Of a stretch of DNA of 42,348 bases, positions 20,981-30,749 are shown one piece after another. Each line of letters starts with the position of its first letter. Position 1 is the stretch's first letter. The stretch lies in NCBI GenBank assembly GCA_002861595.1, contig PJQG01000076.1, positions 28,276 to 70,623 of the forward strand. The letters run 5' to 3'. The DNA is from Actinomycetota bacterium. GTDB taxonomy: Bacteria; Actinomycetota; Acidimicrobiia; Acidimicrobiales; GCA-2861595. The position numbers and the translations under genes were made by a program. The notes beneath the pieces are model-generated. The model did no database searches. It had not been told where the DNA came from and saw only the letters and a list, made by a program, of their open reading frames with translations.

Positions 20981-22551
20981 TGTCACGAGTCCTGGTCACC
21001 GAACCCATCGCCGCATCAGGGCTGGAGGCGCTGCGCGCCGCCGGCCACGAGGTCGACCAGCGGGAGGGCTTGTCCGTCCCTCAGCTCCACGACGCCCTCG
21101 CCGGGGCGGCGGCGCTGATCGTGCGGTCCGAGACGAAGGTCACCGCCGAGGTCCTCGCCGCCGGGCGCGACCTTGTGGTCGTGGGACGGGCCGGCATCGG
21201 CCTCGACAACGTGGACGTGGCCGAGGCCACGCGGCGCGGCGTGATGGTGGTGAACGCCCCGCAGTCCAACGTGCTGTCCGCGGCCGAGCACACCATGGCC
21301 CTCCTGCTGGCCCAGGCCCGCAACGTCCCGCAGGCCAGCGCCGCGTTGAAGAACGGCAAGTGGCAGCGGTCGCGTTGGTCGGGCGTGGAGCTGCACGGCA
21401 AGACCCTTGGCGTGGTGGGCCTCGGACGCATCGGCACCCTGGTGGCCCAGCGGGCGCTGGCGTTCGGGATGCGCCTGGCCGCCTACGACCCCTTCGTGGC
21501 CCCCGAGCGGGCTCGCCAGCTCGGCATCGAGCTGGTGGACAGCCTCGAGGAGCTCGTGGCGCGCGCCGACTTCCTCACCCTCCACGTGGCCAAGACACCC
21601 GAGACGATGGGCATGATCAACGCCGAGCTCCTGGCCAAAGCCAAGCCAGGGCTGCGCCTGGTCAACACCTCGAGAGGCGGGATCGTCGACGAGGCCGCCC
21701 TGGCCGAGGCGGTGGCGTCGGGCCGGCTGGGAGGCGCCGCCCTCGACGTCTTCGCCGAGGAGCCGACCAGGTCCTCGCCGCTGTTCGCCCTGGACCAGGT
21801 GGTGGTCACGCCGCATCTGGGTGCCAGCACCAGCGAGGCCCAGGACAAGGCCGGTGTCACCATCGCCGAGCAGGTCCTGCTGGCCCTGTCCGGGGACTTC
21901 GTACCCTTCGCGGTGAACGTGAGCGCGGCGGAGGCGTCGGAGACGGTGCGGCCGTTCCTGCCCCTCGCCGAGCGCCTGGGGCGGATCTTCGCCTCGCTCA
22001 ACGAGGGGATCCCGTCGCTGCTGGAGGTCGACTATCAGGGCGCCCTGGCCGACTACGACCTGCGCATCCTCACCCTTTCGGTGCTGAAGGGCCTGTTCGC
22101 ACTGGCCATCGAGGAGCCCGTCTCCTACGTGAACGCCCCGCAGCTGGCGGCCGAACGGGGCCTGGAGGTCCGGGAGTCGAAGTCCTCGACGGCCCACGAC
22201 TACGTCAACCTCATCACCCTTCGGGGCGGCCACCACGCCGTGGCCGGGACACTGGCCGGAGGTCGGGGGAGCCCCAGGCTGGTGATGGTGGACGACCACG
22301 ACGTCGAGGTGCCGCCGGCGCACAACATGCTCATCGTGCACAACGACGACCGATTGGGCATGATCGCCCTGGTCACCGGGGCCCTGGCCGGGGCCAGGGT
22401 GAACATCGCCAACATGGCGCTGGGGAAGTCACCGGCGGGCGAGACCGCGCTCATGGTGCTGGCCACCGATACGGCCGTGCCGGCAGACGTCGTGAGCGCC
22501 CTGGCGGCCGAGGCCGGCATCCTCGACGTTCACGCCGTCACCGACGTGTGA
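20980..22551 (+). CDS. serA: D-3-phosphoglycerate dehydrogenase
   Basis: RAGIGLDNVD, GLGRIG, TPHLGAST, ASB and ACT domains. Confidence 0.97.
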   Translation: MSRVLVTEPIAASGLEALRAAGHEVDQREGLSVPQLHDALAGAAALIVRSETKVTAEVLAAGRDLVVVGRAGIGLDNVDVAEATRRGVMVVNAPQSNVLSAAEHTMALLLAQARNVPQASAALKNGKWQRSRWSGVELHGKTLGVVGLGRIGTLVAQRALAFGMRLAAYDPFVAPERARQLGIELVDSLEELVARADFLTLHVAKTPETMGMINAELLAKAKPGLRLVNTSRGGIVDEAALAEAVASGRLGGAALDVFAEEPTRSSPLFALDQVVVTPHLGASTSEAQDKAGVTIAEQVLLALSGDFVPFAVNVSAAEASETVRPFLPLAERLGRIFASLNEGIPSLLEVDYQGALADYDLRILTLSVLKGLFALAIEEPVSYVNAPQLAAERGLEVRESKSSTAHDYVNLITLRGGHHAVAGTLAGGRGSPRLVMVDDHDVEVPPAHNMLIVHNDDRLGMIALVTGALAGARVNIANMALGKSPAGETALMVLATDTAVPADVVSALAAEAGILDVHAVTDV

Positions 22552-22581
22552 TTCCTTCTCCGCCGCGGGTGGGCGCCGGGG

Positions 22582-23184
22582 CTACCGCTTGGACCTGGTG
22601 AAGCCGTCCTCCAGGGCGGACGCCTCGTCCTCGTAGCAGCGGTCGGGCATGGTGCGGTTGTAGGCGGCCATCCCCGGCAGCTGGAAGATCCGGCTCGCCA
22701 GCTTGGCCTTCACCGGGTGCGAGGGTGGGCAGATGCGCCCGGTGGGCTCTATCCAGGTGGTGCGACCGGTGGGTGCCGCGGCCTTCTTCACGGCGGGCGC
22801 CCTCTTCGTGGGTGCAGCCTTCCTCGTCGCGGGCGCCTTCCTCGCCGGCGGCACCTCCTGCGCCGGCGGCACCTCCTGCGCCGGCGGCACCTCCTGCGCC
22901 GGCGGCACCTCCTGCGCCGGCGGCACCTCGACCGGCGTCACCTCCACCGGCGTGGGGCGGGTGACGACGGGAGCGGGCGGCACCTCCACCGGCGTGGGGC
23001 GGGTGACGACGGGAGCGGGCGGCTCGACGACGACGGGTTCCTGCACCGGTGGCCAGCTCGGGGGCACCGCCGGCGCCGAGTCGTCCTCGGAGTTGCTCCG
23101 CCGGGACTGGACCAGCTTCATCACCCCGAAGAGGATGGACGCGAGCAGAGCGGTCTTGACGCCGAGCCGCAGCATTTTCCGCAC
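22582..23184 (-). CDS. Membrane-anchored Pro-rich repeat protein with a C-terminal Ada-like/'sunset'-type small domain
   Basis: N-terminal TM helix; CPPSHPVKAKLASRIFQLPG..Y..T.PDRCY...A..DGF. Confidence 0.7.
   Translation of the reverse strand: MRKMLRLGVKTALLASILFGVMKLVQSRRSNSEDDSAPAVPPSWPPVQEPVVVEPPAPVVTRPTPVEVPPAPVVTRPTPVEVTPVEVPPAQEVPPAQEVPPAQEVPPAQEVPPARKAPATRKAAPTKRAPAVKKAAAPTGRTTWIEPTGRICPPSHPVKAKLASRIFQLPGMAAYNRTMPDRCYEDEASALEDGFTRSKR
22843..23022. repeat. Tandem repeats: 18 bp x ~4.8 (22843-22929) and 42 bp x 2 (22939-23022)
   Basis: Encode EVPPAQ and PPAPVVTRPTPVEV on the minus strand. Confidence 0.95.
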
Positions 23185-23200
23185 GGGGGGGAACACTATC

Positions 23201-23229
23201 TTGACGAGGAGCACTCCGTCTGGCACGAT
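23201..23229 (+). promoter_or_regulatory. leuA promoter TTGACG-17-CACGAT (with extended TG)
   Basis: Hexamers with 17-bp spacing, 9 nt before the leader ATG. Confidence 0.7.
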
Positions 23230-23238
23230 GAAGCGGCC

Positions 23239-23280
23239 ATGACCCGGAGCCCGATCACCACCAGCCTCCTCCTTACCTGA
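23239..23280 (+). CDS. leuA leader peptide MTRSPITTSLLLT
   Basis: Three consecutive Leu codons, then a hairpin (23282-23306) and a terminator. Confidence 0.85.
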   Translation: MTRSPITTSLLLT

Positions 23281-23310
23281 CGGCGAGCTCCCCTCCGGGA
23301 CTCGCCTTCG

Positions 23311-23341
23311 CCTCCTGCGCCTTCGGGCCAGGAGGTTTTTT
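23311..23341 (+). terminator. leuA attenuator terminator
   Basis: CCTCCTG...CAGGAGG followed by T6. Confidence 0.88.
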
Positions 23342-23394
23342 CGTTCCCCGAAAACCCTTCCCCGACGACCACCACACGACACAAAGGACCAGCC

Positions 23395-24948
23395 ATGAGC
23401 GACCGCCTGATCATCTTCGACACCACCCTGCGCGACGGCGAGCAGTCGCCCGGCATCTCCCTCGATGTGGCCGAGAAGCTCGAGATCGCCGAGCAGCTGG
23501 CTCGCTTGGGCGTCGACTACATCGAAGCCGGGTTCCCCGTGGCCAGCCAGGGGGACTTCGATGCCGTACAGGCCATCGCCCGCTCGGTGGAGGGACCGGT
23601 CATCGCCGGGTTGTCCCGCACGCACCGCTCCGACGTGGACCGCTGCTGGGCGGCGGTGAGCCCGGCGGAGCGGGCCCGCATCCACGTGTTCATCTCCACC
23701 AGCCCCAACCACATGGAGCACATGCTGAAGATGACCCGCGAGCAGGTGCTGGCCGAGACCCGCGCCGGTGTGGCGAGGGCGCGCGAGCACACCGACGACG
23801 TGGAGTTCAGCCCCCAGGACGCCACCCGCACGCCGCTGGACTTCATGATGGAGGTTCTGCAGGCGGCCGTCGACGCCGGCGCCACCACGTTGAACATCCC
23901 CGACACCGTCGGCTACGGCATCCCCTGGGACTTCGGCGCCCTGATCCAGTACGTGCGGCGGGAGATCAAGGGCGACTTCATCACCTCCACCCACTGCCAC
24001 AACGACCTGGGCCTGGCCACGGCCAACTCCCTGGCCGGGGTCCAGGCCGGCGCCCGCCAGGTGGAGGTGTGCGTGAACGGGCTGGGCGAGCGGGCCGGCA
24101 ACGCGGCCCTGGAAGAGGTGGTGATGGCGGTCAAGATCCGCGCTGACCAGTTCCCCGGCCTGGAGGTCGGCGTGCGCACCGAGGAGCTGGCCCGCACCAG
24201 CCGCCTGGTGAGCCGCCTCACCGGCTATCCGGTGCAGTACAACAAGGCCGTTGTGGGGCGCAACGCCTTCGCCCACGAGTCCGGCATCCACCAGCACGGC
24301 GTGCTGGCCGACGCCAGCACCTATGAGATCATCGATGCCGACTCCGTGGGCCAGCGGGGCCGCCAGATCGTGCTGGGCAAGCACTCGGGCCGCCACGCCT
24401 TCGGCGACACGCTGACCAAGATGGGCCTGCACGTGCAAGGCGACGCCCTCAACGCCGCCTTCGTCCGCTTCAAGGAGCTGGCCGACCGCAAGGTGCAGCT
24501 CACCGAGGCCGACCTGGAGGCCATCGTGGCCGAGGAGATCGGCGGGGTGGGCGCTGATCCCGCCTTCGCCTTCGAGTCCCTGGAGGTGACGGGCGGCACC
24601 GTGGGTGTCCCCCGAGCCCGGGTCGTGCTCACCCGCGACGGCGAGAAGGCCGAGGCCACAGCCGAGGGCGACGGCATGATCGACGCCGCCTGCAAGGCCA
24701 TCAAGGCCGCAACCGGCGTCGACGGCACGCTCACCGACTTCAACGTCTCCTCGGTGACGGGCGGTGTCGACGCCCTGGGCGACGTCGTCATCCAGCTCGA
24801 GGCCGGCGGGGTGAAGGTGTCGGGCCGTGGTGTGTCCACCGACGTGGTGGAGGCGTCGGCCCGCGCCTTTCTCAACGCCACCAACAAGGTGGTGCGGGCC
24901 CGGGCCCGCCACGAGGTGCGGGACCCCGTCACCGAGGTCACGCCCTAG
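23395..24948 (+). CDS. leuA: 2-isopropylmalate synthase
   Basis: FDTTLRDGEQSPG, HCHNDLG, GERAGNA, HESGIHQ, C-terminal regulatory domain. Confidence 0.96.
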   Translation: MSDRLIIFDTTLRDGEQSPGISLDVAEKLEIAEQLARLGVDYIEAGFPVASQGDFDAVQAIARSVEGPVIAGLSRTHRSDVDRCWAAVSPAERARIHVFISTSPNHMEHMLKMTREQVLAETRAGVARAREHTDDVEFSPQDATRTPLDFMMEVLQAAVDAGATTLNIPDTVGYGIPWDFGALIQYVRREIKGDFITSTHCHNDLGLATANSLAGVQAGARQVEVCVNGLGERAGNAALEEVVMAVKIRADQFPGLEVGVRTEELARTSRLVSRLTGYPVQYNKAVVGRNAFAHESGIHQHGVLADASTYEIIDADSVGQRGRQIVLGKHSGRHAFGDTLTKMGLHVQGDALNAAFVRFKELADRKVQLTEADLEAIVAEEIGGVGADPAFAFESLEVTGGTVGVPRARVVLTRDGEKAEATAEGDGMIDAACKAIKAATGVDGTLTDFNVSSVTGGVDALGDVVIQLEAGGVKVSGRGVSTDVVEASARAFLNATNKVVRARARHEVRDPVTEVTP

Positions 24949-25460
24949 ATCGCCACAACGCCGGGGAGGTGGTCTCGGGCCCAGGCGGCCACGGCGACGA
25001 TGTCCACCTCTCCGGTTGTGTCCACCTCCAGCACGTCGGGGCCCAGGCCCAGGGGGCCCGGCGCCGCCGGTGGTGGAGGCGTGGGGTGATCGGCGTCGAG
25101 ATGGCCGGGGTGGCGCCGTCGGGCCGACCAGCGGCGCTGCTGCTCTTCGGGTGGACAGAGGCAGTGCACCTCCAGCGCCTTGGGGCCCACTAGGGCCAGC
25201 AGGCGCGGCGCGTGCTCGGGGCGGAAGTTGGCCTCGAGCACGACCTCCGGCAGCGTGGGGGCCAGGGCGAACATCACTTCGTAGGCGGCGTCGCTCAGGC
25301 GGGCCGACCAGGCGGCGTCTCCGGTGCCCAAGGCGTCGAACAACGCCTCCTTGACGGTGTCCTTGGCGACCAGCGGGAAGCCGAGGTGATCGGCGAGCGG
25401 CCCGGCCAGAGCGGACTTCCCTGACGCCGGGGGGCCGGTGACCACCACCAGCGCCCTCAC
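24945..25460 (-). CDS. P-loop kinase (AAA_33-like)
   Basis: VVTGPPASGKS Walker A, KDTVKE, RHPGH; TAACGT-7 nt-GTG. Confidence 0.85.
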   Translation of the reverse strand: MRALVVVTGPPASGKSALAGPLADHLGFPLVAKDTVKEALFDALGTGDAAWSARLSDAAYEVMFALAPTLPEVVLEANFRPEHAPRLLALVGPKALEVHCLCPPEEQQRRWSARRRHPGHLDADHPTPPPPAAPGPLGLGPDVLEVDTTGEVDIVAVAAWARDHLPGVVAI

Positions 25461-25526
25461 CAGCCTGACGTTACCCACCCGCGCCGGAATGGGTAGGGCT
25501 CACGAAAGCGACGAAGGGAGCAGGCC

Positions 25527-25862
25527 ATGTACGTCCAGACGGTGATCTTCGAGCTCGCTGGCACGAGCGAGGGCGAGTACCTCGACATCGCCAACGAGGT
25601 GGCGCCGCAGTACTCGGGCATGCCGGGGCTGCTGGCCAAGCTGTGGCTCGACAAGTCGGACCAGGGTACCTATGGAGCGGTGTACTTCTGGGAGGACCAG
25701 GAGTCGATGGAGCGCTACTGCCGGAGCGACCTCTTCGAGGGCTCGAACCCGGGGTTCACCAACGTCGTCTCCAACGGGGCGGCGGTGCTGGAGAACCTGA
25801 CCCGCTCCACCCAGCCGGTTCTCGAGGTTGTGCAGGGGCGCCAGCACGCCAGGCAGGGCTGA
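25527..25862 (+). CDS. YdhR-family putative monooxygenase
   Basis: PGLLAKLWL...YGAVYFWED; GGGAG RBS. Confidence 0.8.
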   Translation: MYVQTVIFELAGTSEGEYLDIANEVAPQYSGMPGLLAKLWLDKSDQGTYGAVYFWEDQESMERYCRSDLFEGSNPGFTNVVSNGAAVLENLTRSTQPVLEVVQGRQHARQG

Positions 25863-25899
25863 TCCCGGGGGCTCCGGGACGACTGCTAGTACAAGTGGC

Positions 25900-26169
25900 G
25901 TGCCCACCCAGAATGCTCGCCAGCCCGAGGAGCTGACCGAGGACGAGCGCGAGGCGCTGCGGCGCGCCCACATCCGCCTGCGCAAGACGAGCCAGGACCT
26001 GGAGGCGCTGCTGGCCACGCCCAAGATGCGGGGGCGGTGGGACCCGGCTCCCGTGCCGGCGGAGGCGATGGAAGGGGCCAAGTCGGAGCTGGTGAAGGCC
26101 TACGCCAAGCTCTGGGTCCTCCAGCGCGATCTTCTCGGCTGGGACCTGCCGGCGGAGCTCGAGGCCTGA
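25900..26169 (+). CDS. Small hypothetical helical protein
   Basis: GC3-biased codons; abuts the rhomboid gene; start uncertain. Confidence 0.6.
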   Translation: MPTQNARQPEELTEDEREALRRAHIRLRKTSQDLEALLATPKMRGRWDPAPVPAEAMEGAKSELVKAYAKLWVLQRDLLGWDLPAELEA

Positions 26170-26172
26170 GCG

Positions 26173-27084
26173 GTGCAGTCGAGCACCTGCTACCGCCACG
26201 CCGAGCGCGTCACCGGCGTCAGCTGCACCCGGTGCGGGCGGACCATCTGCACCGAGTGCATGACCCAGGCGTCTGTCGGCCACCACTGCCCCACGTGCAT
26301 GGCCGAGGCCCGGCGCGACCCCGGCAAGGTCCGCCAGGTGCGCTGGGCCCGCCCTGGGGCGGCGACGGCGGCGACGCCTGCCGTGCTGGCTCTTATCGCC
26401 GCGAACGTCTTGGTGTTCCTCGTCGACCAGAGCGACCCGACCATCCAGTTCCGCTACGCCGACAACCCGCTGCTGGTGGCTCGCGGCGAGGTCTACCGCC
26501 TGGTGAGCGCCGCCTTCCTCCACGCCAACGTGCTGCACCTGGGCCTCAACATGTTCGGCCTGTACCTCTTCGGCCCCCAGCTGGAGCGCGTGCTGGGTTG
26601 GCCGCGGTTCCTGGCCCTCTACCTGATCTCCGCGCTGGGCGCGGGGATCTGCTTCTTCTTCTTCGCCTCCCTGGGGACCTTCTCGGTCGGAGCGTCGGGC
26701 GCCGTGTTCGGCCTCTTCGGCGCCTTCTTCGTCATCGTGCGGGCCCGGGGCGGTGACACCAGCCAGATCGTCGGCCTCATCGTGATCAACCTGTTCATCG
26801 GCGCGTCGGTGCCCGGCATCGACAACTACGCCCACATCGGCGGGCTGCTTGCCGGGGGTGCGATGGCGTTCCTGTACGAGCATGTCCCCGCCCGGCCCCG
26901 GCGGGCGCAGGTCGGCGTCCAGGTTGTAGCCGTGGTGATGGTGGTGGGGGTGCTGGCCGCGCTGGCCGGTGTCCGCAGCCGCCAGCTGCGGGACCGGGAG
27001 GGGGTCCTGGGCCGGGCCGAACCCGCCTATGTCGTCGACGGCGCCGCCGTCGTGGGCCGCCAGGCCGGCCGGCCGCCCTCGTAG
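26173..27084 (+). CDS. Rhomboid intramembrane serine protease with an N-terminal B-box-like zinc finger
   Basis: CYRH..C.RC...C..C...HCPTC; FLHAN..HLGLNM, GASG, AHIGG. Confidence 0.93.
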   Translation: MQSSTCYRHAERVTGVSCTRCGRTICTECMTQASVGHHCPTCMAEARRDPGKVRQVRWARPGAATAATPAVLALIAANVLVFLVDQSDPTIQFRYADNPLLVARGEVYRLVSAAFLHANVLHLGLNMFGLYLFGPQLERVLGWPRFLALYLISALGAGICFFFFASLGTFSVGASGAVFGLFGAFFVIVRARGGDTSQIVGLIVINLFIGASVPGIDNYAHIGGLLAGGAMAFLYEHVPARPRRAQVGVQVVAVVMVVGVLAALAGVRSRQLRDREGVLGRAEPAYVVDGAAVVGRQAGRPPS

Positions 27085-27635
27085 GCGGCGATGGCGTCGA
27101 GGTGGCGCAGGGTGAGGCCCACGTCGTCGAGGCCCTCCAGGAGGCGCCACCTCGTGAAGTCGTCGAGGGTGAAGGGGGCGTCGATGCCGGCGGCCGGGGC
27201 CCGCACCGTGCGCGCGTCCACGTCGACGGTGACCTCCAGGGCAGGGTCGGCGGCGACGGCGGCGAGCAGGGCCCGGGCCGTCTCCTCGTCGACCTGGGCC
27301 GGTACCAGGCCCGCCTTGGTGCAGTTGGTGCGGAAGATGTCGGCGAAGCGGGGCGAGACGACGGCGCGAAAGCCGTAGTCGGTCAGGGCCCACACGGCGT
27401 GCTCCCGGGAGCTGCCCGTGCCGAAGTTGGTTCCCGCCAGCAGGATGGTGGCGCCGGCGTGCTCCGGGCGGTTGAGCACGAAGCCGGGATCGGCCCGCCA
27501 CGCCGAGAACAGGCCGGCGCCGAAGCCGGTGCGCTCGACGCGCTTCAACCATTCGGCGGGGATGATCTGGTCGGTGTCGACGTCGGAGCGGTCGAGGGGG
27601 ACGGCGGTGCCGGCGACGGCGTGGAGGGGTTCCAT
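27027..27635 (-). CDS. leuD: 3-isopropylmalate dehydratase small subunit
   Basis: [32 protein letters not shown]. Confidence 0.97.
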   Translation of the reverse strand: MEPLHAVAGTAVPLDRSDVDTDQIIPAEWLKRVERTGFGAGLFSAWRADPGFVLNRPEHAGATILLAGTNFGTGSSREHAVWALTDYGFRAVVSPRFADIFRTNCTKAGLVPAQVDEETARALLAAVAADPALEVTVDVDARTVRAPAAGIDAPFTLDDFTRWRLLEGLDDVGLTLRHLDAIAAYEGGRPAWRPTTAAPSTT

Positions 27636-29140
27636 CAGTGCCCCTCAGCCGGCCGGGGCCCCAGGTCCGGCCTCCTCCCCGAGGCGGGGGCCCCACCCCC
27701 GCCCGCGGCCGTCTCGCGCCCGTCGCCTACGGGCTGTAGCTCGTCGGGTGTGGCGAACCGGCCGGCCACGGCGGAGGCGGCGGCCACAGCCGGCGACACC
27801 AGGTGCGTGCGGCCGCCCGGGCCCTGGCGGCCCTCGAAGTTGCGGTTGGACGTGGACGCGCAGCGCTCGCCGGGGGCCAGCTTGTCGGGGTTCATGGCCA
27901 GGCACATGGAGCAGCCCGCCTCCCGCCAGTCGAAGCCGGCGGCTCGGAACACTTCGTCGAGGCCCTCGGCCTCGGCCTCCATCTTCACCAGGGCGGAGCC
28001 GGGCACGACCATGGCCCGCACGCCGGCCTTGACGCAGTGCCCGGCGAGCACGGCGGCGGCGGCCCGCAGGTCCTCGATGCGGGCGTTGGTGCAGGAGCCG
28101 ATGAAGACGGTGTCCACCGGGACGTCCCGCACGGCTGTCCCCGGGCGCAGCCCCTGATAGGCCAGCGCCCGCCGAGCCGACTCCCGCTCGGAGGCGTCGA
28201 GGAAGGTGTCGGGGTCGGGCACGCTGCCGTCGATGGGCACGACCTGGGCCGGGTTGGTGCCCCAGCTCACGAAGGGGACCAGGCCGGCGGCGTCGATGAC
28301 GACCTCCTTGTCGAAGGCGGCGCCGTCGTCGGTGGCCAGGGAGCGCCAGTCATCCAGCGCCTGCTCCCAGGCCTTGCCCTTGGGCGCATGGGGACGGCCC
28401 TGGAGGTAGGCGAAGGTGGTGTCGTCCGGCGCCACCAGGCCGGCGCGCGCACCCGCCTCGATGCTCATGTTGCACACGGTCATGCGCCCCTCCATGGAGA
28501 GGCCGCGCAGGGCCGAGCCGCGGTACTCGATCACCGAACCGATGCCGCCGCCCGTGCCGATGCGGCCGATGACGGCGAGGATGAGGTCCTTGGCCGTCAC
28601 ACCCGCCGGCAGGTCGCCCTCGACGGTGACGGCCATGGTGCCCGGGCGCACCTGGGGGAGGGTCTGGGTGGCCAGGACGTGCTCGACCTCGCTGGTGCCG
28701 ATGCCGAAGGCGAGGGCGCCGAAGGCCCCGTGGGTGGCGGTGTGGCTGTCGCCGCACACGATGGTCATGCCCGGCTGGGTGAGGCCGAGCTCGGGCCCGA
28801 TCACATGGACGATGCCCTGGTTGCGGTGGCCCATCGGGTAGAGGGGCACGCCGAACTCGGCGCAGTTGGCGGCCAGCACCTCCATCTGGCGCCGGGAGAC
28901 GGGGTCGGCCACGCCCTGGTCGAGCGCGGCGGTGGGCACGTTGTGGTCCATGGTGGCGAGGGTGAGGTCGGGCCGGCGCACGGTGCGCCCGGCCAGGCGC
29001 AGCCCGTCGAAGGCCTGGGGCGAGGTGACCTCGTGCACCAGGTGCAGGTCGATGTAGAGCAGGTCGGGCTCGCCCTCGGCCTGGTGCACCAGGTGGCGGT
29101 CCCAGACCTTCTCGCTCAGGGTCTTCGGCGTCTGTGTCAT
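27635..29140 (-). CDS. leuC: 3-isopropylmalate dehydratase large subunit with a repeat-derived C-terminal extension
   Basis: [40 protein letters not shown]. Confidence 0.97.
   Translation of the reverse strand: MTQTPKTLSEKVWDRHLVHQAEGEPDLLYIDLHLVHEVTSPQAFDGLRLAGRTVRRPDLTLATMDHNVPTAALDQGVADPVSRRQMEVLAANCAEFGVPLYPMGHRNQGIVHVIGPELGLTQPGMTIVCGDSHTATHGAFGALAFGIGTSEVEHVLATQTLPQVRPGTMAVTVEGDLPAGVTAKDLILAVIGRIGTGGGIGSVIEYRGSALRGLSMEGRMTVCNMSIEAGARAGLVAPDDTTFAYLQGRPHAPKGKAWEQALDDWRSLATDDGAAFDKEVVIDAAGLVPFVSWGTNPAQVVPIDGSVPDPDTFLDASERESARRALAYQGLRPGTAVRDVPVDTVFIGSCTNARIEDLRAAAAVLAGHCVKAGVRAMVVPGSALVKMEAEAEGLDEVFRAAGFDWREAGCSMCLAMNPDKLAPGERCASTSNRNFEGRQGPGGRTHLVSPAVAAASAVAGRFATPDELQPVGDGRETAAGGGGAPASGRRPDLGPRPAEGH
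27649..27715 (-). repeat. Coding palindromic element copy in the leuC 3' end
   Basis: Aligns to the gatB and cimA copies; encodes [22 protein letters not shown] versus gat[23 protein letters not shown]. Confidence 0.85.
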
Positions 29141-29148
29141 CGCTTGTC

Positions 29149-29165
29149 GTCTCACTGTCTGAGAT
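29149..29165. promoter_or_regulatory. Putative IclR (NdgR/LtbR-type) operator GTCTCA-CTGTC-TGAGAT
   Basis: TCTCA-N5-TGAGA palindrome in the 39-bp leuC/iclR gap. Confidence 0.65.
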
Positions 29166-29179
29166 GGTAGTCTTGCTTG

Positions 29180-29854
29180 GTGGAACGCAGTGTAGGCGGT
29201 GTGGGCGTGCTCGACAAGGCCGTCTCCATTCTCGACGCCCTGGAGCCCGGGCCGCTGTCGCTGAACCAGCTGGTGGCCGCCACCGGCATCTCCCGCGCCA
29301 CCACCCACCGCCTGGCCTCGGCCCTCGAGCACCACGGTTTCGTGGCACGCGACCCCGGTGGCCGGTTCACCCTCGGAGCCCGCCTCACCCGCCCCTCCCT
29401 GGCCGAGGCGGCCCGCCCGGCGCTGGAGGCTTTGCGGGACGCGACGGGGGAGAGCACCCAGCTCTACGTCCCCCGCAACGGCAGCCGGGTGTGCGTGGTG
29501 TCCCTGGAGTCGCCCCACAGCCTGCGCACCATCGTGGCCGTCGGTGCCGTCCTGCCGCTGGACAAGGGCTCGGCCGGCAGGGCCCTGCTGGCGAGCCTGG
29601 CCGCCGATCCCGAACTTTCCCGGCGGGGCTGGGCGCAGAGCGTCGAGGAGCGGGAGCGGGGCGTGGCTTCGGTCAGCGCGCCGGTGTGGCGGGACGGCGA
29701 GGTGGTGGCCGCAGTGTCGGTGTCGGGGCCGGTGGACCGCACCAGCCGGACGCCCGGGCGGCGCTACGCGACCGACGTGAAGGCGGCGGCGAGGGCCGTG
29801 GAGGCGGCCATGGGCTGGTCCCCCTGGTGTTCGAGTGCAGAAGACCGCACATAG
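29180..29854 (+). CDS. IclR-family regulator divergent from leuCD (NdgR/LtbR-like)
   Basis: [39 protein letters not shown]; TAGTCT-6 nt-GTG. Confidence 0.93.
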   Translation: MERSVGGVGVLDKAVSILDALEPGPLSLNQLVAATGISRATTHRLASALEHHGFVARDPGGRFTLGARLTRPSLAEAARPALEALRDATGESTQLYVPRNGSRVCVVSLESPHSLRTIVAVGAVLPLDKGSAGRALLASLAADPELSRRGWAQSVEERERGVASVSAPVWRDGEVVAAVSVSGPVDRTSRTPGRRYATDVKAAARAVEAAMGWSPWCSSAEDRT

Positions 29855-29860
29855 TGCGGC

Positions 29861-30724
29861 CTACTGCACACGAAGCAGGCCGGCGCGCTCGGCCACACCC
29901 GTGCAGGCCTCGAGGAGCCCGGGCACGAAACGGCCGGGGTCGGTGACACAGGACCCGTGGTCGCCGTCCACGTTGACGACGGCGGCGCCGGGGATGGCTT
30001 CGGCGAGGCGGAGCTGGCGCCGGGGGCCCACCACCTCGTCCCGGGCGGTGACGACGACGGCCGTGGGCACGTCCACCTCGCCGATCCAGTCGTGGGAGCG
30101 GAAGCGCCCGATGGCCCAGCCGGCCTCGAGGATGGCGGTGGTGTCGTTGCGCTGCATCTCCGACAGCCCCCACGCCGCTAGCGGTCCGCCTGCCAGCCGC
30201 CGGCGGATCACGCGGCTGCTCAGCTCGCGGCGCAGGGGCGCGGGCGTGACCCGGGCCGCCAGCGACAGGCCGAGCAGGCTGGAGAAGTAGATGCGCGACC
30301 CCAGGTCCAGGCCGGAGAAGCTGCGGCCGGTGGCGCACAGCACCAGGCCGGCGACCAGGCTGCGGTGGCGGCGCCACATGAGCTGGGCCACGGGGCCGCC
30401 CATCGAGTACCCGACGGGGATGAGGCGGTCGATGCCGAGGACCTGGGCCAGCGCGGCGGCGTCGTCGGCGCAGTCCTCCAGGCGGAACGGTCGTCTGGAC
30501 CGGATGCCCCGGCCGTGACCCCGGTGGTCGAGGGCGACGACCCGGAAGCGCTCCGACAGCGCTTCGTAGGCCGTGAACCAGTTCAGGTCGGCGGTGACGG
30601 TCCAGCCGTGGAGCAGGAGGACGGTGGGCGCGCCCGGCGGCCCGGCTGCCTCCCGGACGAAGGTACGGCCCCGCCCGGGCAGGACAAGGCAGCGACCCGG
30701 CGGCAGCGGTGGCCCCGCAGGCAT
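29861..30724 (-). CDS. Alpha/beta hydrolase
   Basis: LLHGW, DHRGHG, GYSMGG nucleophile elbow. Confidence 0.9.
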   Translation of the reverse strand: MPAGPPLPPGRCLVLPGRGRTFVREAAGPPGAPTVLLLHGWTVTADLNWFTAYEALSERFRVVALDHRGHGRGIRSRRPFRLEDCADDAAALAQVLGIDRLIPVGYSMGGPVAQLMWRRHRSLVAGLVLCATGRSFSGLDLGSRIYFSSLLGLSLAARVTPAPLRRELSSRVIRRRLAGGPLAAWGLSEMQRNDTTAILEAGWAIGRFRSHDWIGEVDVPTAVVVTARDEVVGPRRQLRLAEAIPGAAVVNVDGDHGSCVTDPGRFVPGLLEACTGVAERAGLLRVQ

Positions 30725-30749
30725 GACATCGGTCAGCTGCGGGGATCGG

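Noticed and set aside
27027-27084. 58-bp convergent overlap of rhomboid and leuD
   Set aside because: Stop-codon drift of this kind is common in GC-rich genomes; the tails are not conserved-looking.
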